A stretch of 64,000 nt of DNA from Rozella allomycis CSF55 (taxonomy: Eukaryota), in assembly GCA_000442015.1 (NCBI GenBank), contig KE560848.1, forward strand, positions 1-64,000. The letters are read 5' to 3'. Shown in pieces: positions 62,272 to 64,000 of the stretch; the first letter of the stretch is position 1; each line of letters starts with the position of its first letter. A program made the position numbers and the translations under genes. The notes beneath the pieces were generated by a model. That model saw only the letters and a program-made list of their open reading frames with translations. It made no database searches and was not told the origin of the DNA.

Positions 62272-64000
62272 ATGACCGTTAGTGTAGTACCACCAGTCCA
62301 AGTACCCAAGACAAAGACATTTCAAGATAAAGACAAGCCATCAGATGTAAGAAACAGCAACATTATGGCAGGCAAAGGTAAGGGGTGAAATTTTGATAAA
62401 AATAGGTAAGAATAAAATTGGAAAGAGAGGTAGCTATTGCTGATGCGGTAAGAACCAGTTTGGGTCCTAGAGGAATGGATAAGATGGTAATTGAAAATAA
62501 GTGAAAGGAGTAGATCCAAAAAGCCAATCAAGAGGTTGTTATATCGAATGACGGAGCGACGATATTGAAGGAGATGAGTGTTATTCATCCAGCTGCGAAG
62601 ATGATTGTAGAATTGTCAGCTGCTCAAGATGTGGAGGCCGGTGATGGCACTACCAGTGTTGTTGTGTTGGCTGGAAGTATGTTGAATGCGTGTGAAAAAT
62701 TGTTGAAAAAGGGTATTCACCCATCTGTTATTGCTGATTCTTTTATGAAAGCTTCGTACAAGGCAGTTGAGATTGTAAAGGAGATGAGTATTCCAGTGAC
62801 GTTGGATGATAGAGAGTCGTTGTTGAGGTCAGCGACGACATCATTGAACTCTAAGGTTGTGTCTCAGTATTCATCGGTGTTTGCACCTATTGCTGTAGAT
62901 GCAGTTTTGAAGGTGATTGATCCAAAGACAGCGAATAATGTTGATTTGAAGGATATAAGGTAATAATGTAGCAGCATGATAATAATTAGGTAATATGCTT
63001 GAAATTAGATGATGAAAGATGTGTTCAAAAGTTGGGAGGGACTATTGATGATACAGAGTTGATTAATGGACTTGTGTTGACTCAAACAGTCACCAAGTCA
63101 GCCAATGGGCCAACTAGAATGGAAAAGGCAAAGATTGGATTAATTCAATTTCAATTGTCACCACCAAAGCCAGATATGGACAATACAATTATTGTTAATG
63201 ATTATCGCCAAATGGATCGTATTTTGAAAGAAGAAAGAAATTATCTCTTAAATATTTGTAAAAAGATTAAGAAGAGTGGCTGCAACGTTCTTTTGATACA
63301 AAAAAGTATTTTGCGTGATTCAGTCACTGATCTCTCTTTACATTTTCTTTCTAAATTGAAGATTATGGTTATCACTGATATTGAAAGAGATGAAATTGAA
63401 TTTATTTCTAAAACTACTGGATGCAAACCAATTGCTGATATTGATTCTTTCACTGAAGATAAACTTGGCTACGCTGATCTTATAGAAGAAGTTCATGAAC
63501 ATGGATCTAGAATCGTTAAATTGACTGGATTAAAGAATCAAAACACTGGTATTCTATTTAATTCTATTTCAAATAGTTTCTGTTTTAATTAGAGGTGCAA
63601 ACCATCTCGTTTTAGAAGAAGCTGAACGTTCCCTTCATGACGCCTTGTGTGTTATCCGCTGTCTAGTCAAGAATAGAGCTCTTGTTGCTGGTGGTGGTGC
63701 TCCTGAAACTAGCATTTCTCACAAACTGTTAGAATACTCTAAAACTCTCACGGGAATGCAAGCTTATTGTTTTGAAGCCTATGCTGAAGCCTTTGAAGTT
63801 ATTCCTTACACTTTGGCTGAAAACGCTGGTCTTCGTCCTATTTCTATCGTCACTGAATTAAGAAATAGACATGCTAAAGGCCAAGTTAATTCTGGTATCA
63901 ATGTCCGCAAAGTAATATTCCTTTTTAATTAAAACAAAAGGGCACAATCACCAACATCCTCGAAGAAAATGTAGTTCAACCTTTACTAGTCACCACTAGC
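62272..64000 (+). CDS. CCT4: Chaperonin CCT subunit delta, 3' end runs off the window
   Basis: [48 protein letters not shown] and [10 protein letters not shown]. Confidence 0.97.

Overview
This is a gene-dense, AT-rich eukaryotic window of fungal type with about 45 protein-coding genes. The genes are separated by very short spacers and interrupted by tiny introns: the single introns I could delimit were about 23-31 nt, mostly A/T-rich, with no consistent polypyrimidine tract. The architecture and gene set suggest an early-diverging fungus or Cryptomycota (Rozella-like) parasite; this is inference. Recognisable genes are RPS0, a Rab5-type GTPase, PKA-C, GH47 mannosidase, cyclophilin E, Prp28, two 7TM-RGS paralogs, kexin, RPL34, Drs1, PI31, transportin, Prp5, a desaturase-like protein, a cNMP-F-box-LRR protein, AMP deaminase, an ANTH protein, Tim13, B12-dependent methylmalonyl-CoA mutase and CCT4. 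The main observations are: (1) at least five introns in conserved genes give the expected protein only if spliced GT...TG, suggesting length-defined 3' splice-site choice; (2) two CCT4 introns are each built from two back-to-back intron-sized units with a zero-length exon (recursive-splicing candidates); (3) a tandem family of small secreted Cys-rich genes carries a conserved ATCAGATAA/GATA promoter module; (4) a candidate U17/snR30 snoRNA; (5) a hidden triplet of 4-TM paralogs; (6) an approximately 1,980-aa membrane-anchored coiled-coil protein. All gene models were spliced by hand and no searches were run.
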